Positions 29,436-37,936 of a stretch of 64,000 nucleotides of DNA are shown one piece after another. The stretch's first letter is position 1. Each line of letters starts with the position of its first letter. The stretch covers positions 4,504 through 68,503 of the forward strand of contig JAVWHL010000001.1 in the NCBI GenBank assembly GCA_036640095.1. Direction: 5' to 3'. Source of the DNA: Erysipelotrichales bacterium. Lineage in GTDB: Bacteria > Bacillota_I > Bacilli_A > JAJDGJ01. The notes beneath the pieces are model-generated. The model made no database searches. It was given only the letters and a program-made list of their open reading frames with translations, and was not told where the DNA came from. A program made the position numbers and the translations under genes.

Positions 29436-30419
29436 TTAAATTATATTATCAATTAAATGCAATGCTATTTGAACACTATTTCCTGCTGCACCTTTTCTAA
29501 GATTATCTGCTACACAATAGAAATGAAGAATTTTATCATTAAATAAATCTTTTCTAATACGACCTACATAAACTAAATCATTACCTTTAGCTTCACTTGC
29601 TATTGGATAGATATTATCTTGTGTATCATCTCTTAAAGCTATACTCAAATCATTTTTAAAAGCCAACTTTAATTTATTAACATCTAAATCATTTTCAACT
29701 TCAACACTTATACTTACACCATGTCCTACTTCTATTGGCACTCTAATACATGTTGCTGCCACTTCTAAATCAGTGAGACTTAAAATTTTCTTAGTCTCAT
29801 TAATCATTTTATGCTCCTCTTTACTAAAACCATCACTCACATAATCATCAATTAATGGAATTAAATTCTCTTTTATTGGATATGGATATAAATTTATAGT
29901 TTCATTTACTAAATCATTTACACCCTCAATCCCAGATCCAGAAACAGCTTGATAAGTTGAATATGTAACTCTTTTTAATTTAAATAAATCATCAACAACT
30001 CCTAATGGAACACATGATTGAATCGTTGTACAATTAGGATTTGCTATAAGATAAGTATCTCTATTCAACTTACTTAAATTTACTTCAGGAACAATTAAAG
30101 GCACACCATCAACCATTCTAAAGACACTTGAATTATCAATTACATATGTCTTATTAGAGATAAACAACTCATTATATTCCCTTGAAATATCTCCACCAGC
30201 ACACATAAAGACAATATCTAAGTCCTTATCTATACTATCTTTACTTAATTCAATTATTTTATATTCATCACCATTAAATTCAACATCCTTACCAGCAGAT
30301 CTTTTTGATCCATATAAAACTAAATTTCCTATAACAACTTTATATTCACTTAGTGCCTTTAATATATTCTTTCCTACCAATCCATTAGCACCAACAACTC
30401 CTATATTTACTACTATCAT
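29436..30419 (-). CDS. asd: Aspartate-semialdehyde dehydrogenase
   Basis: GVVGANGLVG NAD motif, active-site NPNCTT, and the C-terminal DNLRKGAAGN motif. I trimmed the start to the ATG at 30419 after GGGGTGA. Confidence 0.9.
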   Translation of the reverse strand: MIVVNIGVVGANGLVGKNILKALSEYKVVIGNLVLYGSKRSAGKDVEFNGDEYKIIELSKDSIDKDLDIVFMCAGGDISREYNELFISNKTYVIDNSSVFRMVDGVPLIVPEVNLSKLNRDTYLIANPNCTTIQSCVPLGVVDDLFKLKRVTYSTYQAVSGSGIEGVNDLVNETINLYPYPIKENLIPLIDDYVSDGFSKEEHKMINETKKILSLTDLEVAATCIRVPIEVGHGVSISVEVENDLDVNKLKLAFKNDLSIALRDDTQDNIYPIASEAKGNDLVYVGRIRKDLFNDKILHFYCVADNLRKGAAGNSVQIALHLIDNII

Positions 30420-30429
30420 TTTATCACCC

Positions 30430-30888
30430 CTAAATATTAAATGATTCACTTAAAATACTGACTGTTTCTTTTGATTTATCTCTATCTATCAACATCGATA
30501 AAGATAAATTACTAATTATTGATTGATCAATATAAATCTCTTTATTATTTAATTCACGATATATATCGATACTTAATTGTGGTGAGGATACAAAACCTAG
30601 ACCAACTAAAGTTATACAATCAAAATCATTTCTAATAACATATTCAAATAAATAATCTTTTTTTAATAATTCCAATTCTTTTTTTATTTGTGCTACATCA
30701 ATATCATTTACCACAAAACTTATCTTATCTTGTTTACATTGCATAAACATTCCAAATTTTATATTATGAAAACCTAATATATCTAAAAGTGCATCAAATA
30801 GATTGTGATAATTTTTTATATTTGATACCTCTATTTTATTAACCTTATCATCAATACTTAACCCAGTTATATCTTTTTTTTCCATCAT
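30430..30888 (-). CDS. Aspartokinase regulatory (ACT-domain) polypeptide, separately encoded
   Basis: 152 aa. ITGLSIDDKVNKIEVSNI... resembles the V.G...D.N.AKITV start of the aspartokinase ACT region. It has its own AAGGAG RBS, 9 nt before the ATG. Confidence 0.7.
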   Translation of the reverse strand: MMEKKDITGLSIDDKVNKIEVSNIKNYHNLFDALLDILGFHNIKFGMFMQCKQDKISFVVNDIDVAQIKKELELLKKDYLFEYVIRNDFDCITLVGLGFVSSPQLSIDIYRELNNKEIYIDQSIISNLSLSMLIDRDKSKETVSILSESFNI

Positions 30889-30893
30889 CTAAA

Positions 30894-31613
30894 TCAACTC
30901 CTTATCCAAGTTCCACTAATATTACTAGTTAATTGTCCTACATAGATAGGAACGCTATAGCGAAGTGCTAATTCAACTGAACGTGGTTCTAAAACACCAC
31001 TACCACTTAAAGCAAGTTCAAGCATTTCTTCATAACAAATGCTATCTAATTTATGAGCACCCTCTACTTTACGGGGATCAGCACTAAATACACCTTCAAC
31101 ATCTGTATATATTTCACAACTACAATCTAATTTAGCCGCCAAAGCTACTGCAGTTGTATCAGATCCACCTCTTCCTAAAGTCATAAAATCATTTTCTTTA
31201 TTAACACCTTGAAATCCAGCAACTACAATAAAATCATATTTATCTAGATATTGCTTTACAACATCTATTTCAATATCCTTTATAACTGCTTTTTGATGAA
31301 CCCCTTCAACCTGAATTTGTGCTTGAAAACCAGTTAGAGCCAAAGCCTTCTTATTTAGCTTTTGTAAGGCCATACTCATTAAAGTAGCACTTACTTGTTC
31401 ACCAGTAGCAAGCAGCATATCAAATTCACGTGCACAGCCTTCATCATTTACTTGACAACCAAGTTCCAATAATTTATCAGTAGTATTCCCCATTGCAGAT
31501 ACAACTAAAACAATTTTCTCTTTAGCCTCTACTAACTTTCTTGCTATATCCTCTATTTTCTCAATTGTGGCTAAACTACTTCCTCCCACTTTAATAACTC
31601 TAACATTCTCCAT
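30894..31613 (-). CDS. Aspartokinase catalytic (amino-acid kinase) domain only
   Basis: V.K.GGSS, VVSAMG..TD.L and GRGGSDTTA motifs. It ends at ..GTWIRS-TGA, 5 nt and one frame away from the ACT ORF. Confidence 0.85.
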   Translation of the reverse strand: MENVRVIKVGGSSLATIEKIEDIARKLVEAKEKIVLVVSAMGNTTDKLLELGCQVNDEGCAREFDMLLATGEQVSATLMSMALQKLNKKALALTGFQAQIQVEGVHQKAVIKDIEIDVVKQYLDKYDFIVVAGFQGVNKENDFMTLGRGGSDTTAVALAAKLDCSCEIYTDVEGVFSADPRKVEGAHKLDSICYEEMLELALSGSGVLEPRSVELALRYSVPIYVGQLTSNISGTWIRS

Positions 31614-31627
31614 TTCCTACACCTCCA

Positions 31628-31671
31628 TAAAATAAAAAACCCTATATGTGTAATCTCACATACAGGGTTTG
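31628..31671 (-). terminator. Leader (attenuator) terminator in front of the aspartokinase gene
   Basis: Minus strand reads AAACCCTGTATGTG-AGATTA-CACATATAGGGTTT followed by TTTTTATTTT. It ends about 15 nt before the aspartokinase RBS. Confidence 0.8.
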
Positions 31672-31733
31672 TAAATGAAGACTACAAGCAATTAACTTAA
31701 AATAGACTCCATTTAATATATTAGTAATATATC

Positions 31734-31805
31734 TTAAATGAGTCTTTTGTTAGTTGATGTAGTTGTGCCTAAATTAAAATTGATGATACTGATTATCTTT
31801 TCCAT
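31734..31805 (-). CDS. Candidate 23-codon Thr/Ile-rich leader peptide (MEKIISIINFNLGTTTSTNKRLI)
   Basis: My translation. The ATG lies 8 nt after GAAGGAGG. The ORF sits between a promoter and the leader terminator, upstream of threonine-pathway genes. Confidence 0.55.
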   Translation of the reverse strand: MEKIISIINFNLGTTTSTNKRLI

Positions 31806-31848
31806 AATTTAAGCCTCCTTCATATCTTTCTTTTTTTAAATTGTCCTA

Positions 31849-31877
31849 ATTATAACTAAATAAAATATTAAATGCAA
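31849..31877 (-). promoter_or_regulatory. Sigma-A promoter of the thr-pathway leader (TTGCAT-17 nt-TATAAT)
   Basis: Hexamers on the minus strand at 31872..31877 and 31849..31854. Confidence 0.65.
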
Positions 31878-31884
31878 GTTTTTT

Positions 31885-33447
31885 TTAATATTTATGCTCT
31901 AATTCACCAACTGCTTTAATTTTTATACGAACTGCATCCTCAGGATGATATGCAATTGGAAACTCTTCTACTTCAATTATTTCTACACTATTAGGAGCAG
32001 CTCCAGCTTTAATTGCATTTGTAATTGCTATCTCCTTAGAATTTGCGATTGCCTCTTCACGTGGTGTTTTTGCAAAACTAATTATTCCCTCAAAGTTACC
32101 ACTTACTTTTGCAATACTAGCACCAATAGCATTAGCTACTTCAAAGTTGTCTGGAACTAAGACATTTGTTATATTAGAATATTCTTTTGGAACAATTGAT
32201 GATCCACCACCAACCACAATTAGATTTTCATTAACTCTAGAAGTACTTACTAAATCAATTGAATCTTCAATCATACTCTTTACTTTTCCCATTACTTTTT
32301 GAGCGAACAATTCATCTAGATCTTTTAACTTTGTTTCATCTCCAAACTTAGCCATTCCTAGTTTAATCGCAATATCACTAAGAGTAATTGTTTTTCCACC
32401 AAAAATCAATGCTTCTTGACTAAGTGAATATCCAACACTATCTGGTCCAATTGTAATATTACCAAGTTCATCTTCACGTACAATTGTTCCACCCCCAATA
32501 GAGATACTTACAATATCAGGCATCCTAAAGTTTGTTGTAACACCACCAACACTCGATTCTATTGAAGTCTCACGAGGAAATCCATTAACAACCACTCCAA
32601 TATCACTTGTTGTAACACCTACATCTAGAATAATTCCAGTATCTTCTTTTGATAAATAGATACCCCCTCTAATAGAGTTGGTTGGTCCTGATGCAATCGT
32701 TAAAACTGGGAATTTCAAGGCATACTCTACATCCATTAGCGTACCATCATTTTGACATAAATATATACTTGCTCCATTTATTTTTTCTTTTTTCAAAGCC
32801 TCTTTAAAACCACTCACTACATTTTTAATAACATTTACTAATGCAGCATTCAAAATCGTTGCATTTTCTCTTTCTAATAAACTTAAACTACCTATTTCAG
32901 AAGAAATCGAAACATTTGCATTTGGATCAATATTTTTAATTATATTTCTTACTTCCTCTTCTTGTGAACCACTAATAGGAGCAAATACACATGAAATTGC
33001 ATAATTATGACAATTACCAATATTCACTTTTACAATATTTTCAATTTCTTCTTTATCAATATTTTTTATAGGAGTCCCATCATACTCAAATCCACCCTCA
33101 GCAATATAATATTCTTGATTAATAAGTTCTTTTATATCACTGGGCCAATTTGCATATGGATGAACTGCTCTTGTTGCTGGTCCTGCAAGTCTAATGCTAA
33201 CTACTTTTTCTAGTTTCTTTCTTTCGACAATTGCATTTGTACATTGTGTAGTACCTAGCATTGCATGAGTAATATTTTTAACATCAATAACACTTTGCTT
33301 AATAACTTCTTTTAATGCATCATTAATTCCACTAAAAATATCTTTCGTAGTAAATGTTTTATATTTACTTACTACCATATTATTTTCATCAATTATAATA
33401 GCATCTGTATTTGTTCCCCCAACATCTATTCCTACACGATACTTCAT
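31885..33447 (-). CDS. Hydantoinase/oxoprolinase-family protein (HyuA-like, ATP-dependent ASKHA fold)
   Basis: The MKYRVGIDVGGTNTD N-terminus and a second GGG..V.. phosphate motif are typical of the Hydant_A_N / Hydantoinase_A families. Confidence 0.75.
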   Translation of the reverse strand: MKYRVGIDVGGTNTDAIIIDENNMVVSKYKTFTTKDIFSGINDALKEVIKQSVIDVKNITHAMLGTTQCTNAIVERKKLEKVVSIRLAGPATRAVHPYANWPSDIKELINQEYYIAEGGFEYDGTPIKNIDKEEIENIVKVNIGNCHNYAISCVFAPISGSQEEEVRNIIKNIDPNANVSISSEIGSLSLLERENATILNAALVNVIKNVVSGFKEALKKEKINGASIYLCQNDGTLMDVEYALKFPVLTIASGPTNSIRGGIYLSKEDTGIILDVGVTTSDIGVVVNGFPRETSIESSVGGVTTNFRMPDIVSISIGGGTIVREDELGNITIGPDSVGYSLSQEALIFGGKTITLSDIAIKLGMAKFGDETKLKDLDELFAQKVMGKVKSMIEDSIDLVSTSRVNENLIVVGGGSSIVPKEYSNITNVLVPDNFEVANAIGASIAKVSGNFEGIISFAKTPREEAIANSKEIAITNAIKAGAAPNSVEIIEVEEFPIAYHPEDAVRIKIKAVGELEHKY

Positions 33448-34526
33448 TACTTATTCCCCCTTTGTAATACTTCAATTGGTACATATTGATAATCATAACC
33501 AAAGACACGTGGTCCTACTAATTCAATACCCTTTTCTAAGCGCCATTTTTCATCACATGGAAAAGCAATACAAGTTATTCTTTGTCCAAACTTTAATGTC
33601 TCAGTCGTAATAGGCATTTTTGTTTGGTAATCTAAAATACAAATTAAGTCTGGCACCATTGCTATTAAATTATTGTTTTTAAATGCTACTAAATTCTCAT
33701 TCTGCAGAAATATTTGATATTCATTATTATTATCAAACGAATCCATAACTACTTTCCCCTTATTAAAACCACCTTCATAAGTTCGATAGACATCACTAAT
33801 TTTACCATCAAACAAATGAAACGCTCCAAGACTATTAACCATATCCTCTACAGGTGTTTCACTCTCATTAATAATCTTTCCTATTTCATATGATTTAGTA
33901 ACAATACCTTTAACACCAAAAATATTTAATGTTTCTTTATTATAGTAGCTTTCAGACATCATTGCTGAGCCACCAAAATCCATTGTTAAAGAACGACAAT
34001 ACTTTTCCATATCTTTAGGATTATTAACTTTCATTACCATATAATCTAATTTTTCATTCCCTAGTACAATTGTAGAATTATCAATATCAAAAATAGATTG
34101 AGTAATCATTTGTAGTTCAGGAAAAGCTCTCCCCATACAATCAACATCTAATAATGGAAGTCTCATATTAGCTGCAGCTACAATAGGTATCATTGAGTTT
34201 AATCCACCAGCTTCAATAGGATAAAGTGCTGATAATTCAACATCCATAACTTTAGACATTCCTGCTATAACAGTCGGAAACTCATCACCATTAGGAATCT
34301 TTTCAAGACTAACACTAGGTGCACCCATCATAGAAACACATCCAGCCATCTCATCATCTTTTAGATCATCAACTTGTAATAATGGAATTGGTCCATTCTT
34401 TTCAATAGCTTGTAAAGCCATTAAATAACCTATTTTAGGATCGCCACCTCCACCAGTTCCAAGTACAGTAGCTCCTACTACTGCATGTTTTAAAAATTCT
34501 TTATCAATCATTATATTTTTAGACAT
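33447..34526 (-). CDS. DUF917-family protein
   Basis: 359 aa. GA..LGTGGGGDP near the N-terminus and overall length and pattern match my memory of DUF917. Its stop overlaps the downstream gene's start codon. Confidence 0.6.
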   Translation of the reverse strand: MSKNIMIDKEFLKHAVVGATVLGTGGGGDPKIGYLMALQAIEKNGPIPLLQVDDLKDDEMAGCVSMMGAPSVSLEKIPNGDEFPTVIAGMSKVMDVELSALYPIEAGGLNSMIPIVAAANMRLPLLDVDCMGRAFPELQMITQSIFDIDNSTIVLGNEKLDYMVMKVNNPKDMEKYCRSLTMDFGGSAMMSESYYNKETLNIFGVKGIVTKSYEIGKIINESETPVEDMVNSLGAFHLFDGKISDVYRTYEGGFNKGKVVMDSFDNNNEYQIFLQNENLVAFKNNNLIAMVPDLICILDYQTKMPITTETLKFGQRITCIAFPCDEKWRLEKGIELVGPRVFGYDYQYVPIEVLQRGNK

Positions 34527-34537
34527 ATAAACTCCCC

Positions 34538-35851
34538 CTATCTTTTAATTTTCATTATAAATATATACAGTATAAATGGCACAATAATGCTTAATATTGG
34601 TAGAGCATTTGCAAGAGTAGGAATGTTTGCAATAAAATCTGGTTTAAATGTTGAAATAATTCCTAATACTGCACCAACTAGATATGATGCAATTGCTTTT
34701 CCTTGATTTGGTTCTTTTTCCATATACCCTTCTACTTTACCTTTATGTAAAACCCAATAGTCAGCTATCATAACACCTGCAATTGGGATAATTAAATTAG
34801 TTAATAATGTTAAGAATAATTGGAAATGAGTAGATATACCTATTACCGCTAAAACAGTACCTATCACTCCTGTAACAGCAGTCATTTTGGCTCTATCACT
34901 ATCTTTTAAGTTTAATCCATTAACAACTGCAATTCCTGCAGAATATGCATTTGCTACATTAGTTTTCCATGTTGCTACTAACAATACCAAAGAAGATATA
35001 ATTGGAAATGGAATATTCTGATTAATTACAGTTACAATATCAGGATTATTTACTCCATTATTAATAGATACAATTGTTAGGAATACTCCTATAAAAAGCA
35101 ATAACATTCCAACCGGTACTATTCCTATGAAAGCAGCTTTAATTGTATCTTTACGATTTTTGTTAAACCTTGTATAATCTCCAGCAATTACTGCTCCTAA
35201 AACAAAACTACCAATAACAATAACAACTCCATCTATAAAACTCATTGTTTCACTAGGCTGATAACTTACAACCGCATTCAAATCAGCTCCTTGTAAAGCA
35301 TTAAAGAAAGCCCATAAAAAAACTATAATCAATAATGGCACTGTATACTTACTAATATTTTCAAGTACTTTGAATCCATAAAGAGCACTTATTAACACTA
35401 CAACCCCCATAATAATTGATGCTAATTTTAATGGTATACTTACATTGAATATTTCAAATAGTTGTTGGAGCGCTGAAGCAGCAACACCAGTTTGCACACC
35501 AAACCAGCCTATTAATGCAATCGCAATTACAAATGAGAATAGTATATTTGCTAGACCACTTCCAAATGATTTACGTGCTAAAACAACAGCTGGTCTTCCT
35601 AAATCAGAAGACTGGCTACCTTGTAAAGCTGTGATTAAAATAATAACTAAATACCCAACTAATCCTGATAAGATTGCAAGCCCAAAACCAAGCCCACTAA
35701 CCAAAGATTGACCTAAAAGGATTGATGGTAAACAAACCATTGTACCCATCCAAATAAACATTACTGAAATCCATGATTGTCGATCTTCTTGTGGTACTTC
35801 ACTCGTAACAAACTTATCAAAGTCAATTGCCGATTTCTTTTTATCAGACAT
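34538..35851 (-). CDS. NCS1-family permease (cytosine/purine/hydantoin/allantoin type)
   Basis: 437 aa, about 12 TMs. The N-terminus (...EVPQEDRQSWISVMFIWMG) is typical of CodB-like transporters. Confidence 0.75.
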   Translation of the reverse strand: MSDKKKSAIDFDKFVTSEVPQEDRQSWISVMFIWMGTMVCLPSILLGQSLVSGLGFGLAILSGLVGYLVIILITALQGSQSSDLGRPAVVLARKSFGSGLANILFSFVIAIALIGWFGVQTGVAASALQQLFEIFNVSIPLKLASIIMGVVVLISALYGFKVLENISKYTVPLLIIVFLWAFFNALQGADLNAVVSYQPSETMSFIDGVVIVIGSFVLGAVIAGDYTRFNKNRKDTIKAAFIGIVPVGMLLLFIGVFLTIVSINNGVNNPDIVTVINQNIPFPIISSLVLLVATWKTNVANAYSAGIAVVNGLNLKDSDRAKMTAVTGVIGTVLAVIGISTHFQLFLTLLTNLIIPIAGVMIADYWVLHKGKVEGYMEKEPNQGKAIASYLVGAVLGIISTFKPDFIANIPTLANALPILSIIVPFILYIFIMKIKR

Positions 35852-35880
35852 CTTAATTCCCCCTTTTCTTTCCCCAATAA

Positions 35881-35915
35881 ATACAAAAAGCCAAATGGAA
35901 TTCCATCTGGCTTTT
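35881..35915 (-). terminator. Terminator-like hairpin inside the 5' leader of the permease operon (possible attenuator)
   Basis: Minus strand reads AAGCCAGATGGAA-TTCCATTTGGCTT followed by TTTTGTATTT. It lies about 30 nt upstream of the permease ATG and downstream of the promoter at 36073..36102. Confidence 0.6.
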
Positions 35916-35942
35916 AAATAATATACTTATGTATAATTAAAA

Positions 35943-36038
35943 TTAATTAGAATGGAACAATCTAGGCAATAAAGTAAAAAAATATTTATTTACAATAAAT
36001 CGTATATTTATGTATTTTATAATAGAAACATTACCCAT
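35943..36038 (-). CDS. Possible 31-codon leader ORF (MGNVSIIKYINIRFIVNKYFFTLLPRLFHSN)
   Basis: My translation. The ATG follows AAGGAGAG by 8 nt. The ORF lies between the promoter and the leader hairpin. No conservation evidence is available. Confidence 0.3.
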   Translation of the reverse strand: MGNVSIIKYINIRFIVNKYFFTLLPRLFHSN

Positions 36039-36072
36039 TCTTTACACTCTCCTTATGTATTTATTGCGTTAA

Positions 36073-36102
36073 AGTATATCATTTTAATTTTTAGAAAGTC
36101 AA
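36073..36102 (-). promoter_or_regulatory. Candidate sigma-A promoter for the permease/DUF917/hydantoinase operon (TTGACT-18 nt-TATACT)
   Basis: Hexamers on the minus strand at 36097..36102 and 36073..36078. Confidence 0.5.
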
Positions 36103-36121
36103 TATTTATTTCATAAATATG

Positions 36122-36143
36122 AAAAAAGACTACTATGAGTCTT
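36122..36143 (-). terminator. Intrinsic terminator after the amidohydrolase gene
   Basis: Minus strand reads AAGACT-CATAGT-AGTCTT followed by T6. Confidence 0.65.
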
Positions 36144-37758
36144 ATTTCGAGTATATTAATTTTCCATCTAACATTGTTTTTAGTACTTCAGTATCATTAA
36201 TATTTTCAAAATCAATATTAAAGATATCTTGATTTAATACAATTAGATCTGCTTGCTTACCAACTTCTAAACTTCCCTTGATGTTCTCTTCAAATGATTG
36301 ATATGCCCCTTCATATGTATAAGCGTAAACGGCCTGTTGCACACTTAAACATTCTTTTTCGTTCCAGCTATGAATCATATTACCACTTAAATCTTTACGA
36401 GCTACTGCACAATAAATATTGTGAAAAGGTGATGTAGATTCTACTGGACTATCAGTACCTAGCGATAAAGAAACTCCTTCTTCAATCAATGTTTTAAATG
36501 CATAAGAAGTTCTTGCTTTCTCTACTCCAACTCTATCTTCTACCATATGAATATCATAATGCAAGAATATTGGTTGAGCATACACTACTGCATTAATATC
36601 TCTTATTCTTTTGAGTGCTACTGCTTCTGTAATCTGACAATGAACAATACCATGTCTTAAATCTTCTTTTGGATTTTCTTTTTCTAGTTTTTCATATAAA
36701 TCTAATATTTGATTTATAGCACCATCACCTATTCCATGAATGGCCATTTGTATATTATTATTTTGGGCAATATTTCCTAAGCTAAATAACTCTTCATCAT
36801 TATATATGCTAATGCCATTTATATCTTCATCATGATAATTTCCTTCTAATACGGCTGTTCTAGCTCCCAGAGAACCATCTAATAATAGCTTTAATGGACC
36901 TATTCTATAATTATTAAAACCTTCACTAATATGATATGACTTATTAATAAAATCCTGTAATAAATCAACTTTAGGAAGTAAACATTGTTGGTATACTTTT
37001 AAATTTAATTTACCTTCTGTATCTAATTCTTGATATGCTTTCATAATAGTTTCATATTGAACTCCTGGTAATGCAGTAAAATCATCACTTTGAACTGAAG
37101 TAATTCCTTGTGCATTGACATGATCAGCAAATCTAACAATCAGATCTTTAATATCATCAACTTCCAAAATAGGTAAATTACTATAGACATACCCTAGTGC
37201 ACCTTCACTAAATAGACCATTTAAATCTCCATTATCATCTATATATATTTTACCATCATCTAATTGTGGTAAGTTATTTTTATCTAAATTTATTATTTCT
37301 AAGGCTTTACTATTTACAACACAAATATGAATACAAGCTCTTATAAGACATATTGGAGTTTCAGTAGATATTTTATCTAGGTCATCCTTTGTTGGAAATT
37401 CTTTAACATCAAAATAATCTTGATTCCAACCTCTTCCAATAACCCAATCTCCTTGCTTTAAATCATCTGGCCAGTTATTTTGCGTAATATTAATTAAATC
37501 GGTTGTTGATCTTGCATTACATAAATCTATTTGTTGCATTTTTTGAGCAGTTAGTAAAGCATGTAAATGACTATCATTTAAACCAGGAATTACTACATGT
37601 CCTTCTAAGTCTATTATTTCATCTTTATTACTAACATATTCCATTATATTATTTGTAGTACCAACCATACTAATTTTATCATTATCGATTAATATAGCTT
37701 CAACAATCTCATCACTATTCATTGTATGTATTTTTCCATTTATAAGAGCTATAGACAT
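36142..37758 (-). CDS. Metal-dependent amidohydrolase (Amidohydro_3 / YtcJ-like)
   Basis: PGLNDSHLH metal motif, later HGIGDGA and HCQ motifs, and a C-terminal GSLEVGKQADL motif. I trimmed the start to the ATG at 37758 (MSIALINGKIHT). Confidence 0.8.
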   Translation of the reverse strand: MSIALINGKIHTMNSDEIVEAILIDNDKISMVGTTNNIMEYVSNKDEIIDLEGHVVIPGLNDSHLHALLTAQKMQQIDLCNARSTTDLINITQNNWPDDLKQGDWVIGRGWNQDYFDVKEFPTKDDLDKISTETPICLIRACIHICVVNSKALEIINLDKNNLPQLDDGKIYIDDNGDLNGLFSEGALGYVYSNLPILEVDDIKDLIVRFADHVNAQGITSVQSDDFTALPGVQYETIMKAYQELDTEGKLNLKVYQQCLLPKVDLLQDFINKSYHISEGFNNYRIGPLKLLLDGSLGARTAVLEGNYHDEDINGISIYNDEELFSLGNIAQNNNIQMAIHGIGDGAINQILDLYEKLEKENPKEDLRHGIVHCQITEAVALKRIRDINAVVYAQPIFLHYDIHMVEDRVGVEKARTSYAFKTLIEEGVSLSLGTDSPVESTSPFHNIYCAVARKDLSGNMIHSWNEKECLSVQQAVYAYTYEGAYQSFEENIKGSLEVGKQADLIVLNQDIFNIDFENINDTEVLKTMLDGKLIYSK

Positions 37759-37936
37759 TATAAATTCCTCATTTCTTTTATATCTCATTAACAATTCCAT
37801 AATAACAAACCTCATTGCTTTTATCAATCTAATATCTAAACTATGTTATAATTGTATTATGACTAATTAATGTTTATATTTGTTTTTAATATAGACTTAG
37901 CGTAGTATTTAATATTAATATGAAAGGGTTGATAAT

